Of a stretch of 64,000 nt of DNA, positions 49,050 to 60,420 are shown in pieces. The DNA is from Sphaerodactylus townsendi (lineage: Eukaryota). A model generated the notes under the pieces. The model saw nothing but the letters and a program-made list of their open reading frames with translations. It had not been told where the DNA came from and did not search any database. Each line of letters starts with the position of its first letter. The stretch's first letter is position 1. Where the stretch lies: contig NC_059439.1 of the NCBI RefSeq assembly GCF_021028975.2, forward strand, positions 33,232,001 to 33,296,000, in the 5' to 3' direction. Both the position numbers and the translations under genes were made by a program.

Positions 49050-49950
49050 CCGGAATGGTACCTTTTCCCTGTGACCCATTTCAATCTCACCTCAGACCTG
49101 GATTTGGTACCGAGAAGGCTTTAGTTGTACTGATGGATGATCTTTGTTTGAAGTTAGGACATTATATTTGGCTGAGGCCTCATATATATATGAGCCTTGG
49201 GATTGGTGACACCTTTGTATTGGTGACACCCAGCTCTACAATTCGTGATCAGTTCTCTAGATGTTTCTGTGTTGGTTCTGAACCAGTGCTTTGAGGCTGT
49301 GGTCAGGCTGTGGTCAGGTGGCTAAGGCAGAATAAAGTGAAGCTTAAGCTAGGCAAGACAGAGGTAATACTGCTTGTGAAGGCTGGTATCCTAGATGGGC
49401 TGAACCTACCTACCTAGAGGGTGTAACACTGGCTTCCTCAAAACAGGAGCTTGAGAATGCTCATGGACCCTGCCTTGCTGTTTGAAAAGCAGGCCAGCAT
49501 GGTGGCCAAGAGCTCCTTTGATCAGCTGCATCTGATTCTTCAACTTTCTACTTGCCTAGACCCAGCTGATCTGGCCACACTTATCCATGCTTCTGTAACC
49601 TCGTGGTTGGATTCCTGCAATGCACTGCACAATGAGCTATTTTCTCAGCCTTCCAGGATGAAATCTTCCTCAGTTCCCCTTCACATGCAATTACACAGAA
49701 AGAAGAAGAAAGCTGGCTATGTAGCCGCATCACCTGTATCCTCAGTGGGTACCCAAAAAGAAAGAAAGGGTTGTTGGTAGATGGAAATTGCTCACTCCCT
49801 GCATTGCACTCCAGGTGAGGCTGCCCTTGAAGGCCACCTAGAAACTCCAGCTGGTCCAGAGTGCGGCAGCCCGGCTGCTGAAAAGGGCTAGCTGCCAGGA
49901 ACAAATATGTCCCATTTTAAAGCAGCTTCTTTGGCTGCCAGTTTGTGGGG
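49050..49950 (+). mobile_element. Degenerate L2-clade LINE RT fragments
   Basis: DPFQSHLRPGFGTEKALVVLMDDL; LDPADLATLIHASVTSWLDSCNAL; KLQLVQSAAARLL. Confidence 0.8.
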
Positions 49951-51687
49951 ACTGTCATGTTTAGTTTAGCTCAAAATTAGAGCTATTATGCTTGGGCTAC
50001 CATTATTCTCACCTCTTTGGTAGTCATATTCAACAGGAGCATGGTCAACTGCACAAATTACTAAAGAGAAATATGGTCCAGTAGGGATGTGGACCCCTGG
50101 ATGTGAAGAGCTGTAAAGTCAGGAGTATCTTAGAATGATTGCCACATCATTTCTGGTCCCAGTGCACATGTTCTAGATTAGCTTGTCCTTGTTAAAAGGT
50201 GGGCCATCCCTTCCCCAGCAACTGAAGTTTCCAAGTCTTGTTTAAGGGTGGTCCCAAAGAAGGCACATTACAGTAGTCCAGCCTCACAGTTACAGCAGCA
50301 TAGAGCAACGAGCAGGGAAGCATCTCTAGGAAACAGCACTTTGCACTAAAAACCTCTCTTTCCTCACCCTCACTTGCAGCTCGGCTGGGTCCAGCATTCA
50401 ACTGTGTGCATCATCTCTGAAGTTCATGTGCACTTCGGAGAAGATGCGTGCAGTTCAGTCTTGGACTTGGCCAGACTGAGAGTTTAAAGCCAAACCTAGG
50501 TCAGGCCAAGTCCAGCATTAAACTGTGGGCTCAGCCTGGCCAGATCCAGTGTTATACTGCTGGTTCTGCCTCCAAAAACCCCGTGACTTCAGAGGCAAAA
50601 CTTTGGAGGGGGAGCCAGCAGTATAAAGCTGGACCTGGCCAAATTAAGTCTGGGGCTGCAGGCAATTCAAGCCTGCAGTCTGGAGCTCTTGGTGGGGAAG
50701 GGACCAGGTGGCTGAGGGCACCTTCCTTCAAGTGGTGCCTTGGGCATGCATCCTGTCTTCTCTGCTCTAGATATGCCTCGATATGGCTGGATAAACTGAG
50801 CCAAGAGGAGCAGACAACCTCTGCAGCTGATGCAGTTAGAAAAAAATAAGCATTCCCCCCCATCCCTCACTTGGAGGGCAAATGTGTTCAACAAATATAG
50901 AAGCAAATGCACACATTTTATTTCACAAACCAGATAGCATGAAAAGGCTCTGGGCTGCCAATTCACTGAACAGCAAAAGAGTGAAAGCATCCATAGGCAA
51001 TGACAGGCTTGATAACTTAATGCAATGTTCCACAGGTGTCTTTAAACCTCCCCCCCCCCCCATCATTTTCTTCAATCTTGGAGCTCTCAGTGGAGTCTCT
51101 TGGATTCTTCCTTGTGTGAACCCATCTGTCACTCATTTTCTCTGACTAAATGTTGTCTTTAGAGTTCTGGGAGGCCATTCTGCTGACAGCAGAGACATTG
51201 CTTTCAAGCTCCACTTTCACTGGGTTTATTTAGATTTATGTTCCTTTCCTGTGCCAATGATAGATTTGTGTCCATCACGGAAAAGGCTTGTGAGATCAGG
51301 CTGAAATGTAAATGCTGCTAAAGGTTTGGTGCAGGCAGGTGGCAAAACATCTCATGACTGGATTACAGTTTATCGAGGGGCCAAGTGCCACGGCAGTTCT
51401 GTGAGTAAAGCTTCAGATGTGTAATTCTGGAGTGAAAAATAGCCATGGGAGAGCCAATCTGAACCAAGACAGTGGCATAAAGGAAGGGGCGGTTTAATGT
51501 TCCAGTGTGCTGTAGTGGTTAAGAGCAGTGGATTCTAATCTGGAGATCTGGGTTTGCTTCCCCACTCCTCCACATAGGTGGCAATCTCTTATCTGGTGAA
51601 CCAGATTTGTTTCCTGATTCCTACATTCCTGCTGGGTGACCTTGGGCTAGTCACAGTTCATTCAGACTCTCTTAGCCCCCCCCCCTC

Positions 51688-51778
51688 NNNNNNNNNNNNN
51701 NNNNNNNNNNNNNNNNNNNNNNNNNNNNNNNNNNNNNNNNNNNNNNNNNNNNNNNNNNNNNNNNNNNNNNNNNNNNNN
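51688..51778. other. Assembly gap
   Basis: Run of N within a SINE. Confidence 1.
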
Positions 51779-52285
51779 CATAGGTCTTTGTGGGTACAGA
51801 TAGAGATGCAGGTTCTCAGGTGTAATGGGGCTAGTAGGATGGATAGCTGTGGGCTTAGTGCCAGCTTAGGCCTGTGTACTTCATAGGTCTCCACAAGTGT
51901 CTACAGAATGGAAATCACCACTTACCTCTACAACCTGCACTTCTGCAAGGTCCAGCACATGACAGGAGAAATATCCTTCAAATCATATTTATCCATCTAG
52001 TTCAACTCCCCTCCAAGGGTACAGCTCCCCTCAATGGACACAACGACCAAGATCTACCCATGCTTCTCCATAGAAGCCCTGTGTTTGATATATGTGCTGT
52101 GTGTGTACATAAAGATTCCATAAGCACACCATGGCTAGTAGACATTGGTGGGCTTCTCTGACATCAATTTACCTATCCCCCTTTGAAAACCTCCTGTGAT
52201 CCTGATGCCGTTCAGAAGAAGCAGAGCCTTGTGTGGGAACTTTGCCAAGAGGCTCTTTGCCCCACAAGGAGTCACTATCCTAGCG

Positions 52286-54423
52286 CAGTGATGGCGAATT
52301 GTTTGGGTTCAGGGCAGTGGTGGGATCCAAAAATTTTAGTTACAGGTTCCCATGGTGGTGGGATTCAAACAGTGGCTTAGTGCCAATGGAGCTGGGCAGG
52401 GCACGACAGGGGTGTGGCCAGGCATTCTGTCCATAATTTAAACTCATTATAGCAAGTCCTATCGTCTACTGCCAACAGAAACAACTACTTCTCTAATTGA
52501 CTGCCTGTCAAATATTTAATACTTTCAAATACTTAATTTTGTTTCTAGAAATCAAAAGGATACTTTCCTTAAACAAGGAACTTTGCCATAGTTCTAAAAC
52601 ATGTTTTTAAAACAGTCCAACGGGGAGAATTATCCCGTTTTCTACCTTCGCTAACCAGTCACATAGGAAACAACAGGATTTTATGCCAACTGTGAAATCA
52701 TGAGTGGTCACTACAGTTTAGTGAAAATTCACCATCACCACTGTTTGTTAACTATATTCTGAAGGGCTAATACATTCAATACTTAAAATAATTTGCACTA
52801 TAGATTAAGACACAAATTCATTAAAACATGGATCCGATGGACCATTCCTACTGCAGAGGCCAGTGGTGGCAAACCTATGGCACGGGTGCCAGAGGTGGCA
52901 CTCAGAGCCCTCTCTGTGGGCATGTGCAAACAGAGTCATCCCCCACCCCCACACATACATCTAGGCTGGCCTGGGCCTCTGGGCTCAATTATTAGCCTTA
53001 AACCTAAGACCTAGTTTTGGGCACCAATGTAGGTAACCCCGTTAAGCGCTGTTAAACCCCACTGATTTTTCTGCGAAGAACTAAAGCGCGATCCTTTACC
53101 TGGGAGTAAGCTCAGTTGCTGACCATGGGGCTTGCTTCTGAGTAAACCCTCCTAGGTTCATGATTCACCCGTTGGAAGAGTTACACGGTTGCTTCAAAGC
53201 AAAGCCACCGACTGCCACCAAGCTTACTCCTGAGTAACGCATGCCTCGGAGTCAACCATTTTTCTAAACTAAAACCTCAGTATTCAGGTTAAACTGCCAT
53301 GTTGGCACTTTGTGATAAATAAGTGGGTTTGGGGTTGCAATTTGGGCACTCGGTCTCGAAAAGGTTCACCATCACTGGCATAGGCATATTCAAGAGCTAG
53401 ATATCAAGGCTACTGCCAGGATACACAGGTCATGACTTTTTAAAAAATTGAGTAAGCATTAGTACTTAGTACCTTTAAAATTTCACTTATACAAAATGCT
53501 TTGTAATCCTTTAGCCCCATAAATACTTAAGATTGATCATTAACACTCCCTTTTTATTCCTGGGTGACCTTGGGCTAGTCACAGCTTTCAGCCCCACCCA
53601 CCTCACAGGGCGTTTGTTGTGAGAGGGAAAGGGCAAGGAGATTGTAAACCCCTTTGAGTCTCCTGCAGGAGAGAAAGGGGGATATAAATCCAAACTCTTC
53701 TTCTTCTGTTTAAAGTAAAAAATAAACCAGAACATCATCCATTGTGAACTAGAATTCGCAATCCATACTGTATATTCTGCAAATATTTCACATTAATTAA
53801 TCCAGGATTAGAGACACAGATTAGCATAACATTCTGACATACAGGAATACAGCTCTTTTAAGTGGCCAAGCATCATGGTAAATCACAATTTATCATAAAA
53901 TGAATAGAATGCCAAAATAAATAGCCTACCAAGCAAGTAAAGAGTCCCCTGGACCCAACAGTAGTTAAAGGGTCCCTCCTCTTTACTAGCCGGCAGAAGC
54001 TCGAGACTCTGAGAAAGAAGAAGAGAGGGGGAGGCAAGGGCGTGGAGATGGAAAAGCGGACCCAATTAGTAATCCCCTCTCGGCACACACAAATAATTAG
54101 TAACCCACTCTCGGGAACTGGTGAGAACCTGCTGGATCCCACCTCTGGTTCAGGGTGCCAAAAATTTGGAAAATGCTTAACATTACTGCTACTGTGTCAC
54201 CCATCCCCCGAATAAAAAGACAGTTTTTTTTAAAAAAATATTTATTTAAACATAACAACAACAACCCATTCATGTGTGATACTATCTGTTTTATTTTTTA
54301 AAAGTCAAATCCAAAATGCCTGAAACTCAAGCAGGGAGTATTTTCATGGGGAACACTAGTGTGTCACCCAAAACACTGTGGTGTTTTACCCATGACACAA
54401 GTGTCATAGGTTCGCCATCACTG
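52286..54423 (+). mobile_element. Nested hAT cluster: outer element containing 52315-54147, which contains 52861-53377 and a SINE piece
   Basis: Outer termini CAGTGATGGCGAA / TTCGCCATCACTG; middle element TSD GTTCAGGG (52307-52314, 54148-54155); inner element TSD GCAGAGGC/GCATAGGC. Confidence 0.8.
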
Positions 54424-54619
54424 GCTCAAAGGAATGATGTATCCAGTGCAGAGTGGAAAGAGATGAGCTTTTCCTCTGGAAGGCCTCTCCGCAGGACAAA
54501 AGCACATACATATTAACTTTCAGGTGTTTGTACTGTCTCCAGAGTTCATGAATTTGCATACAACCCCCCCCCCCCCAAAATTAAATACTCATTCATACCT
54601 GGCATTAATATCCACCAGG

Positions 54620-54885
54620 ATAAACCAAGGCATGGGGGAAGAGGCATAGGAGGAGAAGGGTTTGCCCTGGTAGATATTAGTCTAACCAAGGCATGGGGGG
54701 AGGCAAAGGGTAAATATTAGGGGGAGAAGGGTCTGCCCTGGTAGATGACCAAGACATGGGGGGGAGGAGGCATAGGTGAATTATTAGGGGGAGAAGGGTC
54801 TGCCCTGGTAGATAATAATCTGACCAAGGCATGGAGGGGGAGAGGCATAGGGAAAATATTGGGGGAGAAGTGTCTGCCCTGGTAG
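54620..54885 (+). repeat. G-rich minisatellite, ~60-75-bp unit x4
   Basis: 'ccaaggcatgggggg...ggagaagggtctgccctggtag' repeated. Confidence 0.85.
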
Positions 54886-55520
54886 CCTCATTTCATTAAG
54901 CTTATGGAAGGCCTCCAGGTCCCTGCAGGATCTGTCCTGGTCACTATGGATGTGAATTCCTTATACACCAATATTCCTTTTGAGGAGGCCAGGGCAGCTG
55001 CAGAATTTTTTCTTAATGAAAGGGATAATTTGCTTCCACCCACCTTTTTTCTTTTTTTCGTTTTGACAAATCTTATTACATCCAACAAAAGGGCGTGGCC
55101 ATGGGTTCTCCCCTTGGACCCTCAGTGGCTTGTCTGTTCATGGCTTGCTTTGAGCAAAATCATATTCTATCAGCTGAGGCTAATCCTTTTTTTAAAAGAG
55201 ATTCTGCATTTTAAAAGGTACATTGATGACCTATTTTTGTGATCTCTGACTCATCAACAGTTGTTCCTTTTTATGAATGGTTAAACACTATTCATTCTTC
55301 CCTCAAATTCACTGTCACCACGAGTGAAAATTCATTACCCTTTTTGGACCTGGTTGTTTCTTTTTCAACTTCCCATAAATTACAGGTTTCTCTATACAGA
55401 AAGGAGACAGACACAAATTCACATATTCATTATAACTCGCTTCACCCCTGGCATTTAAAGAACAATCTCCCTTTTGGCTCATTTCTGAGAGCCAAACAAA
55501 ATTCCGCCTCCAGAAAGGGT
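54886..55520 (+). mobile_element. Penelope-like element reverse transcriptase fragment (frameshifted, deleted)
   Basis: LVTMDVNSLYTNIP, KRYIDDLF, LKFT...LPFLDL, LYRKETD...HYNSLHP. Confidence 0.85.
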
Positions 55521-55569
55521 CGAATCCCCGTTACCGTCTTAGCCACGTTTCAGAACACAAACTAAACAG

Positions 55570-55748
55570 TGTATTGTCGAAGGCTTTCACGGCCGGAATC
55601 ACTGGGGTGCTGCGTGGTTTCCGGGCTGTGTGGCCGTGTTCTAGCAGCATCCTCTCCTGACGTTTCGCCTGCGTCTGTGGCTGAATGCATCTTCAGAGGA
55701 TCCTGCTGCTAGAACACGGCCACGCAGCCCGGAAACCACACAGCACAC
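55570..55748 (-). mobile_element. Penelope-like terminal fragment with inverted arms
   Basis: 'tgtcgaaggctttcacggccgg' terminus; ~55607-55648 is the inverted copy of ~55705-55746. Confidence 0.75.
55655..55700 (-). ncRNA. Minimal type I hammerhead ribozyme motif (Penelope-associated)
   Basis: Minus strand TCCT-CTGAAGA-tgcattca-GCC acagacgca GGC-GAAA-CG-TC-AGGA: CUGANGA, GAAA and GUC core with a 4-bp stem I. Confidence 0.6.
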
Positions 55749-55859
55749 AAGCTAAACAGGTTTGAGGGACGACCTCCCCATGGCTTGCGGGGCAGATTCC
55801 GTTTCTGGTGCTCCTTCTCCCCCTTAATCCGTGTTCCGGCAGGACCTGGTTGCAGGTGG

Positions 55860-56064
55860 CACAGACCCCACTGACGCGGTTCAGGGCTGATCCGAGGGGA
55901 GGGGTGAGGGTTGGAACCCTGACTCGTTTCCCCACCTGGAGTGTGACGCGGAATTCAGGCAACCAATCAGCGCAGCCTTTCCTTGGTTTCGTTTCTGCTT
56001 TCGCGATCGGTCAGCAGAAGGGGACGCGAACGTCGAACAGTCGAACGTGTAACTTGCGCTTCCT

Positions 56065-56106
<42 letters not shown>

Positions 56107-56700
56107 AGAGCCCCGCCCCCCTGAGCCCCGCCCCCCTGAGCCCCGCGTGGTCGGAGGGCTGCTGGGCGGCGGAAGATGGGGGAGGACTGGGCGGCGCCTG
56201 TGGCGTCAGGGGGCGGGGCCCGGCCGGGCACCGGATTTCCGGGCGGCGGCGCTGGTGCCGGTGGGGGCGATGCGGCTGTCGGCGGCGGCGTGGATCTCGC
56301 ACGGGCGGGTGCAGCGGCGCCTGGGGTGGGGGCCCCGCAACCGCCTCGACCTGCTGCGCAACCTCCTCACGGGCCTGGTGCGCCACGAGCGGATCGAGGC
56401 CTCCTACGCGCGCGTGGACGAGATGCGCTTCTACGCCGAGAGGGTGGGCGGCGGCGGCGGCGGCGGGGGGGGGGGTAGAGGAAGGGGAGGAGGGTCGCCC
56501 CGCCCACCTACCCCGCTCCCCCAGGGCGGCCCCCCCCCTCGCTGGCGCTGTCGGTCCTGCCTGCGGCTCCGGCTGCCGCTCTCCCGCGAGCTGAGCGGGC
56601 GGCCCACGGGAGGACTGCGCGCCTTGGCTGGCTGGCGGTGACAGCACGTGGCCGCCCAGCACCCACCCACCGACCCCTCCCTCCTCCCTCCCTCCCTCCC
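55860..56700 (+). promoter_or_regulatory. MRPL17 CpG island / promoter
   Basis: Very high CpG density; CCAAT (~55963), tandem GC boxes CCCCGCCCC, ETS-like GCGGAAG, (CT)n(CA)n tract. Confidence 0.8.
56270..56443 (+). CDS. MRPL17: MRPL17 (bL17m) exon 1
   Basis: [44 protein letters not shown]...EMRFYAER; 174 nt; donor AGG|gtgggc. Confidence 0.95.
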
Positions 56701-57322
56701 TGCATTAGGGGCTGTTGGGGCCAGACTTGGCTTTTTAGCGCCTGGCAGGTCGTGTCGTGGGGGTGGGGGTGGGGGTGGGGGGGGCGGGCCAGGGGTGCAG
56801 CCGGTGTTGGGCACGCAGAAGCCACCCGGATCATTCATTCTCCAGCAGCGGCAGCTGCATCACCAACTCCCGCGAGGAGGACCGGAGGAGAAGGGAAAGA
56901 CCCTTCACACACTGCCAGCCTTGGGCCGCAGCACTGGCCTTAATTGGGGGAGGGGCTGTCCTGAAAGAGTAGCTGTCAGCAGACAGAAGCACTAAGCAGG
57001 GGGGAGAATGTTCTTCTGCAACCTTTGCATTCTTAAAGAATAGACCCTCCCCCGTTCTCTGCTGTTGCAGACTCCTGCGGTGCCCTGTGAAAAGCTCCAG
57101 CTCCAAAACACCAGGAAGGGGGGCGGGGATTTTCCTCTTATCAAAGCAGATCCATCACCTTTATTCTGCCTCCTAATTGGCACTGTGTCCTATGCCAGTT
57201 AACTGTCTCTCTGTCAGATCCCTCCCCCTTAGCAGAAATACCTTGCCCCCCAATTTGGTATTAATCAGCAAAAAAAACGTTGCCTCTGACACCCCTTCCC
57301 TGTTCCTGTTTTGTCTGTGCAG

Positions 57323-57391
57323 CTAATTGACTACGCCAAATGTGGAGACAGCGATCCCAAAGCCATGCGCATGGCCAACTTCTGGCTGACG
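57323..57391 (+). CDS. MRPL17: MRPL17 exon 2
   Basis: LIDYAKCGDSDPKAMRMANFWLT; 69 nt; tgcag| and |gtgagt. Confidence 0.95.
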
Positions 57392-57826
57392 GTGAGTCCG
57401 TGGCGCTTAGCCCTCCTGTGCAGGGGCTGGAAGCACCTCCAGCGGGAGTCTTGAAAAGGAGATTGTACTCCAGTGCAGTGATGTAACTATAGGTTTTTAT
57501 GGGGTAGGTTCGGGGGTGTGGCCACAACTCCACCCACCCCTGGGGGCGTGGCCACACCTCCCCAAACTCCGCCCCTGGCCTCAGTGCTCCAAGGCCAGGA
57601 AGGCAGTCCCCCAGCTCCCCGCCACTGGGCTCCCAGCCTGAGGGGGGGAAGGGGCAGAGCTTCGGACTTGTAATGCGGGGGTTGAACTCGGGAACCCCCC
57701 TTACCTACATCCAGCTCTTTCTGAGGGATCTTGTGGGTGGAAATGGAAAGGTTTGGCTGTTAACCAGATGCTGAGGAAGAACTTGTGAACATATGTGGAC
57801 AGCATATTTTCTTTGGTCTTTTCCAG

Positions 57827-58081
57827 GAGAAAGATCTCATCCACAAACTTTTCAAAGTTCTTGCTCCACGCTTCCAGCCTTATTCCAGGAACTACACTCA
57901 GATGCTGCAAATTCCTAATCGTGACCGCATAGATCGAGCCAAAATGGCAGTCATTGAATTCAAAGGGAACCCGTTCCCACCACTCCCCATTCCCCGTAGA
58001 GACAGCGAAAAAACCCTGGTGAACCAGCTCCTGAAAGGTTATAGGGACGATGTGTGGCAGACAAAAAGGCCCGCCTCCTAG
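57827..58081 (+). CDS. MRPL17: MRPL17 exon 3
   Basis: [16 protein letters not shown]...[10 protein letters not shown]...[19 protein letters not shown]; total 165 aa; AATAAA at 58358. Confidence 0.95.
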   Translation, partial: EKDLIHKLFKVLAPRFQPYSRNYTQMLQIPNRDRIDRAKMAVIEFKGNPFPPLPIPRRDSEKTLVNQLLKGYRDDVWQTKRPAS

Positions 58082-59079
58082 AGGGATACCCAGGCACAGC
58101 GGTATAGAGATGGCTCAAGTTCTTTGTGAGGGGAGCAGCGCTGCATGCTGGGTGGCGGGGCGGAGCTTGCCTTCCATGTGCCCGATGGCTGCCCTCCTGT
58201 GGTTGGCTCAGCCCACCCACTCCCACCGTGAGGGGTGTTTCCTGGCGGCCTGTCCCTTGGTTTTGTGGGCCAGGCTGGGCAATACTGGCTGCCCATCATA
58301 TTTCCATTTGACCACCCTTTGACATGTGGAAAGTCCTGTCATCTTAATTCGCCTGCCAATAAACGTTGCCTTGGGGCACGCACATTGATTTCTAGTCCCT
58401 TTTTGTCCTGGAACGGAGTGCTGCATAACAACAGAAGACTCGGGAAGGAATTCCAGTCTTTAATCCAAAGGAAGATAATCTTGACTATAACATGACTTGT
58501 AAAGAAAAAGAAGGCTTTACATAAAAATAGGTGATCATGATTTTAGGATTAACACACACACACACACACCCGTTGGCTGGCCAGCCAGTGAAATGAGTAT
58601 TCCTCCAATTAACCTCTGTCTTCCCAGCTTCTGCGTTGCTCTTCCAGCCAGAGGATATTGGTCAGCATGACATGACACCACCACCCCCCCCCCAATGTTC
58701 TGCCTGAGCCAGGCAGCAGGAAGAGAGCACGCTCCACAGCTGGATTGCAGAGGGTACTTCCAGCCCCCCTCCCCCCAGCGGATGGAGAGGCCTGGCTCTT
58801 TCTCCCTCTGCACTTCGTAGCTGTGCCAGACAGCGTGATCAATTTGCACACCCTCGTGCCTCTTATCTGTCGGCGCAACAGATAGGCAGCATGACTCTGG
58901 ATCGGTTAGATTGTGGGAATGGCAGTGCCCTCCTCAGCAGACTCCCACCAGTCAGAATAGGGACAGCTTTACATAAATGTGCCCCAAGTAAACACACAAA
59001 GTAAAGATCCTTTGCTGTTCCAGGGGGCTGAAGCCACCAGCTAACATACCCTACTAGCTGATATTGGCACTGGCACCAC

Positions 59080-60420
59080 TACGACCATTGTTGACGTACT
59101 TGGGGCATGAATGCAGCCTGGCTAGATCAGCCCAGGGCTCCATCCAGTGCAGCGCCCTTTGTTGCAACGGCCAGGCGGTTGCCCTGGAGGCAAAGCCCTT
59201 CGCCTGATGTTGCTTCCTAGCTCTGGGTTTCAGAGGGTTACTGCTGACCATGGTGGCTTCCTTTTGTCACCGGTGGCTATCAATGGATCTCTGCACCGGA
59301 AATCTGCCTGACCTCTTAATTCCATCCATGCTTTTGTGAAGAAGTGTGTGCCTTTATCTGTCCTAAATCTGTTGAACATCAAATTAACTGGGCATTCCCA
59401 ATCTCTAGTATTAAAGGAACGGGAGAAAAAGTTCCACATCAGCTTTCTCCACCCCATGTTTAATTTATAGGCCTCTCTTTCCCCCCTCTGCCCCCCCCCA
59501 GTAGTTTTTTCTTCAGAACTGAAAAGCTCCCACCCCTTAACCTTCCCTGAAAGGAAAGATTCTCCAACCAGCATAATTACAACTTGTGTATTTTTCCCCA
59601 GCTCTGCAATATTTGTTTCAAGACAGTGTGACAATATCTAGAACAGCACACAGTATTCCAGACGAGGCCACACCACAGGGCATGACAGCATTGGGGTTTT
59701 TTTTTATTTTCAAGCCCTTTCCTAATAATCCCCATTATAGAGTTTGCCTTGACATTTTGATCCAGTTACTACAACCCCAAAATCTCTCTCCCTCTTGGTG
59801 CTGGCAATTCTGGCTCCAGTACATATTTAACATTAACATTTTCTGCTCCACTATGCAATCCTTTACTGTTCCCAATAGTGAACTTTATTTGCCATGTTGT
59901 TGCCCACTCAAATAATGCAGCTCTTCCCAATCTACCTTGGTTTTCACCATCCTCAATCACATAGCCCTTATGTTGCTTGTCCCAAATTTGGGATAATTTA
60001 TGAACCAATTAAATAGCACCCATTCTTGTGGGACCCCACTGCTCACTTCCCTCCACTGCAAAAATTTTCCAGATATTCAGCAAATTCTGTCATCTAATCA
60101 CATTTCAATCCATAAAATAATCCATGCTCTTATCCATGACTGCGAAACTTACTCGGGAGTCTTTGGTGTGATACTTTGTCAAAACCATACATGAAGTCTA
60201 GAACGTGAGATGAATCCTGTAGCATCAAACCAGTAGTCCATCTAGTCCAGCATCCTGTATCACAGCGAGTGCCCAACTGATTCCCCTGGAGGTCCTTTTT
60301 GAGATACAGTGATCAGAACTGCCAGTAAGAGCCCAGTCTGCCACACGATTGTTAACCATTTCAAAGAGCTCCAACAGGTTGGTCAGAAGGGGCTTCCTTT
60401 TGCAGAAGCCGTGCTGATGG
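59080..60420 (-). mobile_element. Old CR1 LINE fragments
   Basis: Minus-strand peptides QHGFCKRKPLLTNLLELFE, LFEWATTWQIKF, RFRTDKGTHFFT. Confidence 0.7.

Noticed and set aside
55808-56995. Several long overlapping ORFs on both strands
   Set aside because: A by-product of the stop-poor GC-rich CpG island; only 56270-56443 matches a known protein (MRPL17).
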